The notes under the pieces: model-generated
The model's database searches: none
Told to the model about the DNA's origin: nothing
Seen by the model: the letters and a program-made list of their open reading frames with translations, nothing else
Source: Octopus bimaculoides
Taxonomy: Eukaryota
Direction of reading: 5' to 3'
Length of the DNA: 50,782 nt
NCBI RefSeq assembly: GCF_001194135.2
Contig: NC_068987.1
Span: 104,116,819 to 104,167,600 of the forward strand
Made by a program: the position numbers and the translations under genes
Shown: positions 37,501-47,126 of the stretch, in pieces
How positions within the stretch are numbered: position 1 is the first letter of the stretch
Layout of the letters: the number at the start of each line of letters is the position of its first letter

Positions 37501-40500
37501 AAGAAAAGCAAAGACATTTATCAAAAATTTGTATAGGAATGGAAAAGGAATAATTTGTTTACTGACACTCAAGAACTACAAGAGCATTCTTGTATTTGAT
37601 GTTTTATTGTTATTGTTCTTATTACTTAAAGTGAATTAACTCTGCTCAAGTACTTCTTCAGACCAAAGTTGACAATAAGTACTTGGAAGTACAATATATC
37701 ATATATACCAATGGCGGCGAGCTGGCGGAATCGTTAGCATGCCGGGCGAAATGCTTAGCGGTATTTTGCCTGCCGTTATGTTCTGAGTTCAAATTCCACT
37801 AAGGTCAACTTTGCCTTTCATCCTTTCGGGGGTTGATTAAGTAAGTACCAGTTATGCACTGGGGTTGATGTAATTGACTTAACCCCTTTGTCTGTCCTTG
37901 TTTGTTCTCTCTGTGTTTAGCCCCTTATGGGCAACAAAGAAATAACTATATCATATATACGATGTTTTTATGTCTGTTGCCATATTGTATATTCGTATGG
38001 GATAGTTCATTGTAGATTCAAGATCACCAAAAATACTTTTTTTCCATCATGTATTCATTCATTTAGTTTAGTTTTCACTTGTCTCAGTCATTGGACTGTG
38101 CCCAAGCTGGGGCACGGCCTTGAAGGGTTTTAGTAAAAAAAAACCAATCCCAGTATTTATTTTTTTAAATCTGACACTTATTCTATTAATCTCTTATGCC
38201 AAACTACTAAGTTACAAGGATGTAAGCAAACCAATACTGGCTGTCAAGTGATGTGGTGGTGGTGGTGGTGGGGGAGAAAGATACAAACACACACACATGA
38301 TAGGCTTCTTTCAGTTTCCATTCATCAAATCCACTTAAGAGGCTTTGGTTGGTCTGGGGCTATAGTAGAAGACACTTGACTAAGGTGCCATGCAGTGGGA
38401 CTGAACCTGGAATCATGTGGTTGGGAAGTAAGCTTCTTACCAAACAGTCATGTCTGCAACAACTATTTACAACAAAAAAAAAAGCGCTGAAAATGGAGTG
38501 GTTGAAAATGATCCAGAACACTTAGAGAAACTAAAATAATGATTAATAATGTTGACATAAAACTTGTGGATGAGATAGGAGAAATCTGTCAAAGTAATGG
38601 TTAACATAAAGTGAATACCATAAAATATGGTTGGAAATTGGTTGAAAATGATCCAAAACATCAAGAGAAACTATAATTAATGATTAATAATGTTGACATA
38701 AAACTTGTAGATGAGATAGGAGAAATCTGTCTAAGTAATGGTTAACATAAAGTGAATACCATAAAATATGGTTGGAAATTGGTTGAAAATAATCCAAAAA
38801 CATCTAGAAAAATTATAAATAATGATCAATAATTTTGACATAAAACTTGTGGATGAGACAGGAGAAATCTGTTTAAGCAATGGTCACCTTAAAGTGAATG
38901 CCATAAAATTAAAGTGAATACCATAAAATCATTCCCTGCTTAAAGGATTTCCAAGGATGCATGTAGTAGGGGATAAAAATAATTCATTTTGAGATTTGGA
39001 GAATGAAAAATACTTGGTTTTTGCACCAGGGGCATCAATATGAGATGAATGTGAGAGCCAAGAAGAGTTGTGAGTGTGAAAGTCAAGGATGATAACTTTA
39101 TTGATGCATGAAGTGAGGTATATGTCATCGATGCCATAATAAATATGGTCAAAGATTTGTTAGTAGTAGCTGGAAGAATGTGGAGAGCAGTAGGAGAGGA
39201 ACAGAAAGGGACTTTGAGCCCAACTAACAGGAAGTCTTTGATGCTGATATCCAGATGAGATAAAAGTGAGTAGTGAAAAATTGGAATTAACATATTCTTT
39301 TATTCGTTTCAGTCATTTGACTGAGGCCATGCTGGAGCACCGCCTTTAGTCGAATCCACCATCCTTCTCTATCTCCTGATCAACACCAAAATATTTTATT
39401 ACATGGAATGCAACATGACTTCTTTTTTAAAGGACGTAGAAAATATTAACTTGCAATGTTAATAATTTTAACAAGGATTTTTACAATTTTAGATGTAATT
39501 TACTTGTTTTTCTTGTTGTTTAGGGAAATAAAATCAAGGGGGAAAAAACAAAACAAAATACAATCTGATATACAGGGGCTGGACAAAATAATGGAAACAC
39601 CTTAACATTTCAAACAAATTAATTTTAATATGGGGTAGGACCATCTTTGGCAGTAATTACAGCTTGAATTCTATGAGGTATGGACTTGTACAAAGTTTGA
39701 ATTGTTTTCAAAGGAATTTTTATCCATTCTTCAGCTAAAACAGTCTCCAGTTCTTGTAGTGATGATGGTGAAGGATATCGACTCCTTACTTGTTTTTCTA
39801 AAATGCACCATAAATGTTCAATAATATTGAGATCTGGGGACTGTGGTGGCCAGATAAGATGTTTAACTTCACTAGAATGTTCCTCGTGCCATTCAGTAAC
39901 AACTTTAGCTGTGTGAATTGGTGCATNNNNNNNNNNNNNNNNNNNNNNNNNNNNNNNNNNNNNNNNNNNNNNNNNNNNNNNNNNNNNNNNNNNNNNNNNN
40001 NNNNNNNNNNNNNNNNNNNNNNNNNNNNNNNNNNNNNNNNNNNNNNNNNNNNNNNNNNNNNNNNNNNNNNNNNNNNNNNNNNNNNNNATCCGAGAAAATA
40101 GCATTCTTCCACTGCTCTAGGGACCAATTCTGTAGGTTTTTACTCCATTCTAAATACTTTGCAACGTTTGTTTTTGAAAGTAGTGGTTTTCTGATTGCAG
40201 CCCTCCCGTGAAATCCGGCTTTGTGCAGCTCCCGGCGAACATTTTTTGTGGAAACTGGGTTCTCGAGGTGGTTATTAAGCTCTGCAGTAATTTTGGGAGC
40301 TGTAATTTTGTGATCCTTCCTAACAATTTGCGTAAGAGTCCTACGGTCCCTATCTGAAAGTTTTGGTTTTCTTCCGGAGTTTTGTTTCGATGAGGAGGTT
40401 TTTCCCTCCTTTCTGAAAGGCTGTCACTACTTTCGAGACAGTACTTCTTGATACACCAAACATTTTGGCTGTTTTTCTGCCATACGAACACCAACAATTT

Positions 40501-43500
40501 GACCTCTTTGAAAGTCCGATAGAGCTGTCATTTTAATGAATTTTAATTACCTTTTTCTGATGATATCTGAAGAGAAACAGCCATTTTAGCAAAACATATT
40601 AAGCAACACTAATAATGATAAATCAAAAAACATAAAAATGAACAAGCTTTTGATGGTTTTATAGATATTTCAAAATTATGATGCTATGAAACTGTTTCCA
40701 TTATTTTGTCCAACCCCTGTATATGCAATTGAGGTGGTATCAAATTAAATAGCCTTCTATATAACATACTTAATGCATATACACTACTAATAGGCCACTT
40801 ACTACAGTATTTATCTTGAGATAACATCTCTTATGCACTAATGTGATAAAAACACAATAGCTATCGGAGACATGAAAATTCATCCCAGCAGTAACCAGTG
40901 AGAATGCTAGATGTATTTTGGTCTCTTTGGAGTCTTTTGAATGGTGCACACTCACAGCTAGCCACATGTTCGTATGACAATTCATTGCTTCCAATATAGA
41001 AAACAACAAATAAAACATTCACTGATGTTTTGACTAGCTGTCCAGCCAGATGAAAATTTGCTAGACACAACTGAAGCAGTATTAAATTGAAACAGCCATC
41101 TATGTATTGCACTGTCAATTATAAAATAAAAAGATAGATGTTCAAATTACGGTAATGCTTCAGTTATAAGTGATGAAAGATTATATGACATAATGAAAAT
41201 ATAAGTTCATGTAACTACTTGTTTATTTTTTACCATTTCAATTGTTGTGTCATGATGCTTCTTTTTTTTATACCCTTGTATTGGATGTATAATATAACGA
41301 AGCAGGAAGGAAAGAAAGTATATACACAATACACAACCATTACTAATACATAAGACTCAGCACTCTATATCCACTTCACAGCGCTCTGCTTACTAACTCA
41401 AACTGCCAATCGCTCACAGTTCTTTGTTTTATATAAGAATGAGTCAGTTCACTTTTAGTCACTTGAAGGGTGGTCAGAATCCTTCCACAACACTTTGTTG
41501 TTGTTTACTCTTTCTAGTTTTGCTTATTTTATCAATCTCCAATGATGCCACTTATTGTAGAACTCTTACTAAATATAAACGTCATTCAATGAAGAGAGAT
41601 CTTATAAACAATTTACATTGGAAACTTGATAATAGAAATGTATTCAAAGAGTCAAAATGCAAGAAAACAAATAACAACCATTAAATTCTTTACGTAAGTG
41701 GAATCTTATGTATAGAGTGATTTTGTTTTATAGAATGTTTTCATATAATCTATATGGATAATGTTGTATCACAAGCACTGAGTTTCCTTTCAGAGCCAGA
41801 AAATATAGCCAAATCAGTTTTTGATCCTATACCAAAGCTCAGGAACTTTTTAACCCTCCTGCGTTCAAATTATTCAGTCAAATGTAAAGTCTATTTATTC
41901 AAATTGTTTTGAATTAATTATGCATTATCTTGTAGCTTTGAGATTTTGCCGATGTGATTGCTTATTTTTAGAATGAGATTGTGGGGCAGGTGTAAGAAGC
42001 CAGATCTGACCAGTTTAAACATAAAGCAGGTAGAATATTTTAGCTGGATATCATCATCATCATCATCACTTTTATTATCTTCAAGTGGCTTTTATGAAAA
42101 CTATTACTTTTCAGAAGTTTAATTAGTTGTTTGTCAGGCATTTGTTGCTGTGATACTGTCATTGCTACAGTAATAAAATGAAATACAATTGTATTTTCAA
42201 ATTCATATCAACTGATGCCGGTGTCACATAACTGGCACCTGTGCTGGTGGCGCATAGAAAGCACCCATTACACTCTTGGAGTGTTTGGCATTAGGAAGGG
42301 CATCCAGCCATAGAAACCATGCCAAATCAGACTGGAACCTGGTGCAGCTCTCCAGCTTACCAGTTCCAGTCAAACTGTCCAACCCATGCCAGCAAGGAAA
42401 GCAGACGTTAAATGATGATGATGATGATGATGATTTAACATAAATAAAATTCTTATGTATACTTATTTATACACAAAGAATTAGAACATATAAGGTTATG
42501 ATTACGCAATAAACATAATATTTAAAAAATTGCTACCATTTTCCCTACCCTTGATATTTACTCATCAAAAGGCAACAAGATGGTAGAATTGTTAGCATGC
42601 TGAACAAAATGCTTAGCGGCATTACGTCTGCCTTTACATTCTGAGTTCAAATTCCACTGAGGTCGACTTTGCCTTTCATCCTTTAGGAGTTAATAAAATA
42701 AGGACCAGTTGAGCACTGGTAATCAACTTAGCCTGTGACCTGAAATTGCTGGCCTTGTGCCAAAACTTGAGGCCAATATTTTCTTATAGAAATATATTTA
42801 AAATGAAAATGATAAAAACAAAAAGAAGTGCTTTAAATCATCACCTACCGAGCCTGTGCAGGGACCAGGTTGTAGATACGATATCTTGAACCCTCTGACA
42901 AGGTGTTTATGAGTTCTTCTGTTGGTTTCCATATAGTCAATAGCGTAGCTAAATAAGCAATTATGACAGGTAACAATGTTTGCTGATGTCATGTGTAATA
43001 CAATACATTTAAATTAATAACAAGAACTACACCTTGCATATCAACCTCTACCTTACGCATGATATACAAACGCATCCAGAAAGTTAAGAAGAAATATAAT
43101 CTAAGTAAAGTTATTTTGTACCTACTGCTAATTAGATAAAATAAATGTGTGTGTGTGTGTGTGTATAACTAGTCAAGAAGTAGGGCTAATTTAACATTCC
43201 TATAATGTAACTTAGATGTGAGTGGAATCCTAATAAAATATTTAGTACATAGACTAACAGTGCCACACCCTAACAGTTGAGGGAACCCGTGAAAGAGGTA
43301 GGCCCAGGAAGACCTGGGCTGAGGTGGTGAGGTAAGACCTTCGTACATTGGGCCTCACCGAGGCGATGACTACTGACCGAGACCTTTGGAAATGTGCTGT
43401 GCGTGAGAAGACCCGGCAAGCCAAGTAAGATCGTTGCCAGTGCCCCTGGACTGGTTCTTGTGCGGGTGGCACATGAGATGCACCATTTTGAGCGTGGCCG

Positions 43501-44204
43501 TTGCCAGTACCGCCTGACTGGCTCCTGTAGGATTTTCGAGCGAGATCGTTGCCAGTGCCCCTGGACTGGCTTGTGCGGGTGGCACATAAAAGACACCATT
43601 TCGAGCGTGGCCGTTTTCGTGCGGGTGACACGTAAAAGCACCCACTACACTCTCTGAGTGGTTGGCGTTAGGAAGGGCATCCAGCTGTAGAAACTCTGCC
43701 AAATCAGACTGGAGCCTGGTGTTGCCATCCGGTTTCACCAGTCCTCAGTCAATTCGTCCAACCCATGCTAGCATGGAAAGCGGACGTTAAATGATGATGA
43801 TGATGATGATGACTACAGCATATAGAAGTTACTTCGATTAGATTGAATAGTTAGATCTACAGTAAAATAAATGAGAAATAAGTCTTACTGGCAAGTGGTT
43901 CTTGATCTCGTTCACTGCAGCCCACCAATCTTGCTTTTAAAACAGCAACAACATTGCGTTTTGGATTCTTCTATGACAGAAAATATATTTGAATAAAATT
44001 TAAAAAGTGAACTTCATAAAATGACAAGATTTTAAATGATCGCAATGTTGAAAAAGGAACTGAAAAAGGAAAAAAAAAAGAACTTGCCTCATTTTCATCT
44101 GAAAGAGCTTTCTGTAATTCATCTTGTATTTTCTGATTTCTTAAATTTTGAACTTCTTGCTGATAATTGGCTAACAGTGTTCTTTGATGTTCGGTAAGAT
44201 ATTC
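12879..44204 (-). CDS. BRCA2: BRCA2, 3' part: 9 coding exons, 1059 nt = 352 aa + stop (tower end, OB2, OB3, TR2); 5' exons not found in the window
   Basis: Exons 44204-44088, 43970-43889, 42948-42849, 37488-37377, 33623-33520, 25615-25537, 20981-20799, 14451-14383 and 13091-12879 splice in frame (phases 0,0,1,2,0,2,0,0,0) with AG acceptors and GT donors (one GC). Peptides are colinear with recalled human BRCA2 motifs GYFSEEQL...[18 protein letters not shown]...[40 protein letters not shown] and VSPAAQKAFQPP. Confidence 0.92.
14383..14451 (-). CDS. BRCA2: BRCA2 exon: VKEGFLSAAYKKLEQGKLSLNLQ
   Basis: tactctcccag|GTG ... CAG|gtacaa; 69 nt, phase 0 to 0; weak match to NIDILCNEAENKLM. Confidence 0.75.
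16340..16990 (+). mobile_element. RTE LINE 3' end(s) with (ATG)n tail
   Basis: Shared 3'UTR ...GAAGGGCATCCAGC...CCATGCTAGCATGGAAAGCGGACGTTAAA(CGATGAT)n; further + copies at 18358-18567 and 31397-31768. Confidence 0.85.
17092..17670 (-). mobile_element. RTE LINE 3' end, inverted relative to 16340-16990, with an internal N-gap
   Basis: (CAT)n followed by the reverse complement of the same 3'UTR; further - copies at 21895-22117, 44325-44470 and 48030-48183. Confidence 0.85.
19867..20238 (-). mobile_element. tRNA-derived SINE family C
   Basis: Reverse complement of the 28617-28998 copy; head TGGCCCAGTGGTTAGG...GGTTTC.ATTCCC. Confidence 0.8.
20799..20981 (-). CDS. BRCA2: BRCA2 exon: VFSVDNILQEGVVFAAKNL...NPQSGHMKECVSQLKDLK (OB3)
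   Basis: ttatattag|GTA ... AAG|gtttgt; 183 nt, phase 0 to 0; matches EDIIKPHMLIAASNL...SASPKEGHFQETFNKMK. Confidence 0.88.
21722..22298 (+). mobile_element. tRNA-derived SINE family A carrying a nested minus-strand RTE 3' end (21895-22117)
   Basis: Head GGCGCAGGAGTGGCT.TGTGGTAAG...GGTTCAGTCCC, tail CAGTCAAATGACTGAAACAAGTAAAAG. Other copies: + 24625-25035, 47640-48028, 48966-49432, 50111-50460 (two heads), 17957-18110; - 12335-12670, 21430-21590, 38040-38460, 4300-4500. Confidence 0.85.
22400..22790 (-). mobile_element. Possible decayed Merlin/IS1016 (ISXO2-like) transposase fragment
   Basis: With stops: NAATLPR...SSVFTD*...HETNIV..GFVTL*TVLTH.IHKGL, loosely matching RDAATL...I.SD.W..Y...H.TVNH...FV...G.HT..IEG. 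Confidence 0.3.
23329..23645. mobile_element. Degenerate MITE-like element with about 40-bp imperfect terminal inverted repeats
   Basis: GTAACCT...AGTCCATGTCTCA at left versus TGAGACATGGACT...AGGTTAC at right. Confidence 0.35.
25537..25615 (-). CDS. BRCA2: BRCA2 exon: (N)HHKLEQLHAVDVEGNIFTICFWGYMQ
   Basis: aatactttcag|C ... CAG|gtaaaa; 79 nt, phase 2 to 0; matches VYLSDECYNLLAIKFW. Confidence 0.85.
26585..26890 (+). mobile_element. Young RTE LINE, open post-RT frame running into a 627-N gap
   Basis: RVKGRLYDACVRTTMLHGSETW...ERRLRWYGHVVRM...KKCHTLT; continues in the copy at 43258, whose remaining length (about 555 bp) is close to the gap size. Confidence 0.9.
27560..28560 (+). mobile_element. 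Decayed RTE-like LINE RT fragment
   Basis: GVRLGC..LFLILI, LTDLDFTDDLVLL, FTYL, LRPIWRS...KIKLQLYSS, WFIGHVL, RGRPK. Confidence 0.8.
28617..28998 (+). mobile_element. tRNA-derived SINE family C, full length
   Basis: A box TGGCCCAGTGG, B box GTTTCGATTCC, CAA-type tail; remnants at 15010-15130 and 49600-49730. Confidence 0.8.
29606..29830 (-). mobile_element. Penelope-like terminal fragment
   Basis: Reverse complement homologous to 5041-5170. Confidence 0.6.
29714..29750 (-). ncRNA. Minimal type I hammerhead ribozyme, variant core, GUC cleavage triplet
   Basis: UCUUU-CUGUUGA-A-GAGC(AUA)GCUC-GAAA-CGUC-AAAGA. Confidence 0.68.
30137..30520. mobile_element. MITE-like element with about 55-bp terminal inverted repeats
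   Basis: ATATTGTTGTATTTGGGGATGGTAATGTTGCCAGTTTAACCAATAAAAACACA pairs with 30470-30523 (2 mismatches). Confidence 0.55.
30790..31310 (+). mobile_element. R4/Dong-type LINE fragment (pre-RT region)
   Basis: EELKQ...RYQ...QNRVFETDQRRFY...AEESRKFWSDIW; KGPGLDLVQGYWLKKF; IPNWMTRRR..LLMKEKSKG. Confidence 0.75.
31311..33183 (+). mobile_element. Older RTE family 3' part (ORF end + CT-rich 3'UTR + (GAT)n tail), interrupted by a younger RTE end at 31397-31768
   Basis: RNEGSMLHWMCN / VLREKLSI...ERRLCWFGHVMHM...GRGRPKKTWDEMVR resumes across the insertion; 3'UTR shared with 36765-37280. Confidence 0.8.
33520..33623 (-). CDS. BRCA2: BRCA2 exon: VFTTANIITDPCLQNYYEVDMAGIVLNISKSLTI (OB3 start)
   Basis: ttacttataccag|GTA ... 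AA|gtaagt; 104 nt, phase 0 to 2; EVDMAGIV matches EVDLIGFV. Confidence 0.88.
33881..34101. mobile_element. piggyBac-type MITE (221 bp) with TTAA target duplication, inserted in a SINE tail
   Basis: TTAA-CCCTTTAG...CTAAAGGG-TTAA; related partial copies at about 34810-34975 and 41850-42050. Confidence 0.7.
35418..36018. mobile_element. Two RTE 3' ends joined head-to-head (minus 35418-35590, plus 35590-36018)
   Basis: (CAT)n at left and (GAT)n at right; junction GTGCTTT|GGAAATG. Confidence 0.85.
36019..37280 (+). mobile_element. Internally deleted RTE LINE (RT N-terminal part + 3'UTR)
   Basis: KEAWKYHYERLLNVENEW, KDMKIGKA, KGKGD...SNYRGIKLLDQLMKLMERVI...QFGFVPGK; then CT-rich UTR and (GAT)n. 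Confidence 0.8.
37377..37488 (-). CDS. BRCA2: BRCA2 exon: FQSLKTTSVHLTVTRSTHFECLKIDASKLSEIYSPRK
   Basis: caatttacag|A ... AAG|gtagga; 112 nt, phase 2 to 0; matches [28 protein letters not shown]. Confidence 0.88.
38500..38930. repeat. Tandem repeat, about 141-bp unit x3
   Basis: Units start GGTTGAAAAT at about 38500, 38641 and 38781. Confidence 0.9.
39573..40719 (-). mobile_element. Tc1-family transposon with both TIRs and TA target duplication; transposase disrupted, centre in an N-gap
   Basis: 26-bp TIR CAGGGG(C/T)TGGACAAAATAATGGAAAC with TA on both sides; MTALSDFQRGQIV, GRKPKL, AAIRKP, WPPQSPDLNIIEHLW. Confidence 0.92.
42849..42948 (-). CDS. BRCA2: BRCA2 exon: (T)TLLTIWKPTEELINTLSEGSRYRIYNLVPAQA(R)
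   Basis: cttatttag|CT ... CG|gtaggt; 100 nt, phase 1 to 2; matches [27 protein letters not shown]. Confidence 0.93.
43258..43812 (+). mobile_element. Young 5'-truncated RTE LINE (ORF end + 3'UTR + (ATG)n tail)
   Basis: CHTLTVEGTRERGRPRKTWAEVVR*DLRTLGLTEAMTTDRDLWKCAVREKTRQAK*, then the shared UTR. Confidence 0.9.
43889..43970 (-). CDS. BRCA2: BRCA2 exon: KNPKRNVVAVLKARLVGCSERDQEPLA
   Basis: ttctgtcatag|AAG ... GCCA|gtaaga; 82 nt, phase 0 to 1; resembles RDVTTVWKLRIV. Confidence 0.88.
44088..44204 (-). CDS. BRCA2: BRCA2 exon: EYLTEHQRTLLANYQQEVQNLRNQKIQDELQKALSDENE (tower end)
   Basis: Acceptor ttccttccaag|GAA, donor GAG|GCAAGT; matches human [39 protein letters not shown]. Confidence 0.9.
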
Positions 44205-44975
44205 CTTGGAAGGAAGGAAAGAAAAAAATAATTCAAATAGAGCTATTATAGAAAAAAAAAAAAAAAGAGCAAACATGAAATGAAATATATATACATAGAA
44301 ACTGTGGAAGGTATATATATATCATTGTTGTTTAACGTCCGCTTTCCATGCTAGCATGGGTTGGATGATTTGACTGAGGACTGGTGAAACGAGATGGCTA
44401 CACCAGGCTCCAATCTGATCTGGCAGAGTTTCTACAGCTGGATGCCCTTCCTAACGCCAACCACTCCGAGNNNNNNNNNNNNNNNNNNNNNNNNNNNNNN
44501 NNNNNNNNNNNNNNNNNNNNNNNNNNNNNNNNNNNNNNNNNNNNNNNNNNNNNNNNNNNNNNNNNNNNNNNNNNNNNNNNNNNNNNNNNNNNNNNNNNNN
44601 NNNNNNNNNNNNNNNNNNNNNNNNNNNNNNNNNNNNNNNNNNNNNNNNNNNNNNNNNNNNNNNNNNNNNNNNNNNNNNNNNNNNNNNNNNNNNNNNNNNN
44701 NNNNNNNNNNNNNNNNNNNNNNNNNNNNNNNNNNNNNNNNNNNNNNNNNNNNNNNNNNNNNNNNNNNNNNNNNNNNNNNNNNNNNNNNNNNNNNNNNNNN
44801 NNNNNNNNNNNNNNNNNNNNNNNNNNNNNNNNNNNNNNNNNNNNNNNNNNNNNNNNNNNNNNNNNNNNGACAAACAAATGAAAGGTAAACAGTAACCTCT
44901 TTTTAGAAACCTCATCTCTCCCTTTATATCATCACTATAGAAAGCTTCTTTTAGAGGGAGACTTATTAAATACAG

Positions 44976-45495
44976 CAGTGGTTCCCAAACTATAAGCCGT
45001 GACCCACTGATGGGTCGCGAATGGAATCCTAGTGGGTCGCAAAAAGTTATAAAATTATGCATTAGCTTTGATTAACTGCTGTTTATCAAAGTTCTGGGCG
45101 TCTCTTCAAATCCCGTACCCAATCATTTCCACCGAAGCATTAAAAGTACTTCTCCCTTTCGCGTCATCTTATAATTGTGAAGCTGAATTTTCAGCAATGG
45201 TTGAGATTAAAAGCAAATTTTGAAATAAACTGCAACTCTCAAATTCTTTACGGCTGAAACTATCATGCATTGAACCTGATGTTAATTCTATTTTTGAGCG
45301 TAGCAAGAAACAGGCTCATCCTTCTCACAGGCCTCAATGAAAATGTAATCTGATATAAATTTGTTTCTTTCATTAATGTTCAACTATTCCAGTCAATAAT
45401 TTCAACATAAGTGGCAAACAGGATATCTAAGTGGGTCGCCATAAACTGGTGTCATAAGTAGTGGGTCGCGTCTCTAACAAGTTTGGGAACCACTG
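44976..45495 (+). mobile_element. hAT (Charlie-like) deletion derivative, 520 bp
   Basis: 15-bp perfect TIR CAGTGGTTCCCAAAC; 8-bp TSD AAATACAG (44968-44975, 45496-45503); dimerisation-domain remnant LLPFASSYNCEAEFS...QAHPSH. Confidence 0.93.
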
Positions 45496-46260
45496 AAATA
45501 CAGTGATGCATAATTTTACTGAACAGATTGGCTTTCATAGATTAATCCCTTTGACACTCAACCAGCTTGAGACTCCCTGATTTTATGATACAAAACTCCT
45601 TGTTAAAGTTCCTATTTCAATAAAAACTTTCCACTGTACTTTTATGTAAGATCTGTTTCCCAAACATCAAATTAACATTGACAAAGTCATTTTACTACAT
45701 CACTCAAATTTCTTGATTATTTTCAAAATTAACTGAGACAGGTGTAGGCATCAATGTGTGGTTAAGAAGTTGGTTCAGACCCACTACATGGCACCTTGGG
45801 CAAGTGATTCTACTATAGCCCCAGATGTGTGTATGTGTGTGTGAGTGTACACATGTATTTGTATGTACCCTTGTCCTCACATCATGTGATGGCTGTAAAT
45901 GAGCAGGATTATCATACACGCAATGTGACAGTGTTTAGGCAGCAATTTTTCATTGCTTTGTAAGTGGATGTCCTTTTAGCATAACTGCATTTCATCTTAA
46001 AGCTCTATTTTATGTTTTCCTCTGTTGATATTGAGCTCCCTTCATGAAGCATGTCTTACCAGTGTTTATCCCACATGCATGCCATGTGTATACTCATGTG
46101 GATACACTATAAGAATATATGATACACAAATCACAAAAAGTTGTGTAGCATGACTTTTGGTTGCTCCCTTTCTTAAACAACATACTTTCAAAATAAAGTT
46201 GTAGGGTGTGAATTGAAGAAGATTTGGTAGCTATTCTTAGCAGAGTGAGCCACTATGTAC

Positions 46261-47126
46261 TGGGTTGAGGAATAATTCATGAGCGTCTTTTTCAAATTTA
46301 AAAATGCACAAAGAAATAAAATAGAAAGCGGACGTTAAATGATGATGATGATGATGATGATGATGATGTATGTTATTTGAAAGAGAATTTTTTGCTCTAC
46401 AAGATATTGTTTTGATTTTATAATTTTATTGATTGTATATTCAGATTATTAAAATGAAATGTCAAGAGGACAAAACGAGGTGTTAAGCCTTGTAAAATTT
46501 GTGTTGTGTATGGAGATGGAGCGATGCTTTTGGTTTCTCCACTTCAAAACTGAGAATTTTGACGTCAAAGATGGATCACATCCTGGTCGACCAAATGAGT
46601 TTGATGAACCTTGCCCATTGAGTGAAAGTTGTTCACTACAGTGTTTTTTTGATCACAGTCTATTTGCTCTGCCAATTCTCTGGTTTTTTGATGTGGATTT
46701 TTGTGAAGAAGTTGATTCAATTGCTCTTCATCAAATTCAATCGGTTGACTGTTGTGTGATCCATCCTTGCGGTCAAAATTCCCATTTTTGAAGCACGGAA
46801 ACCAATGGTGGGCAGTACTTTGAGAAATTGCTCCTTCTGCATACACAGCACAAATCTCATGAGCAGCTTTGGCAGGCTTAACACCTCGATTAAATGCAAA
46901 AAGCAAATGGTGTTGAAAATGCTCAGTTTTGTCCACTTGACATTCCTATTTGATGATCTGAAAATACACAAAAATCAATAAAGTTAAAAAAATCAAATCA
47001 CACTATCTTGTAGAGCATAAAATTCTCTTTCAGATAAGACAAAACATTTTGCAAATGCGTTTTATTTCTGCATGCATTTTTAAATTCGAAAAAAAAAAAA
47101 CGCTCATGAATTATTTGTCAACCCAA
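46261..47126. mobile_element. Mariner fold-back derivative made of two left ends in inverted orientation
   Basis: TIRs TGGGTTGA..AATAATTCATGAGCG at both ends; both halves carry transposase N-terminal sequence (MSRGQNE.. on +, MDKTEHFQHHLL...NFHSMGK on -); junction about 46610. Confidence 0.8.

Noticed and set aside
38500-38930. CRISPR-like periodicity
   Set aside because: Whole units repeat with no unique spacers, no cas genes, eukaryotic context.
40770-41118. Minus-strand ORFs with plausible splice signals inside a BRCA2 intron
   Set aside because: No BRCA2 similarity, and the flanking exons already join in frame (CG+A).
43000-43080. Minus-strand EVDMQGVVLVI resembling the OB3 EVDLIG motif
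   Set aside because: Out of order, no usable splice sites, and the true motif is in exon 33623-33520; treated as chance.
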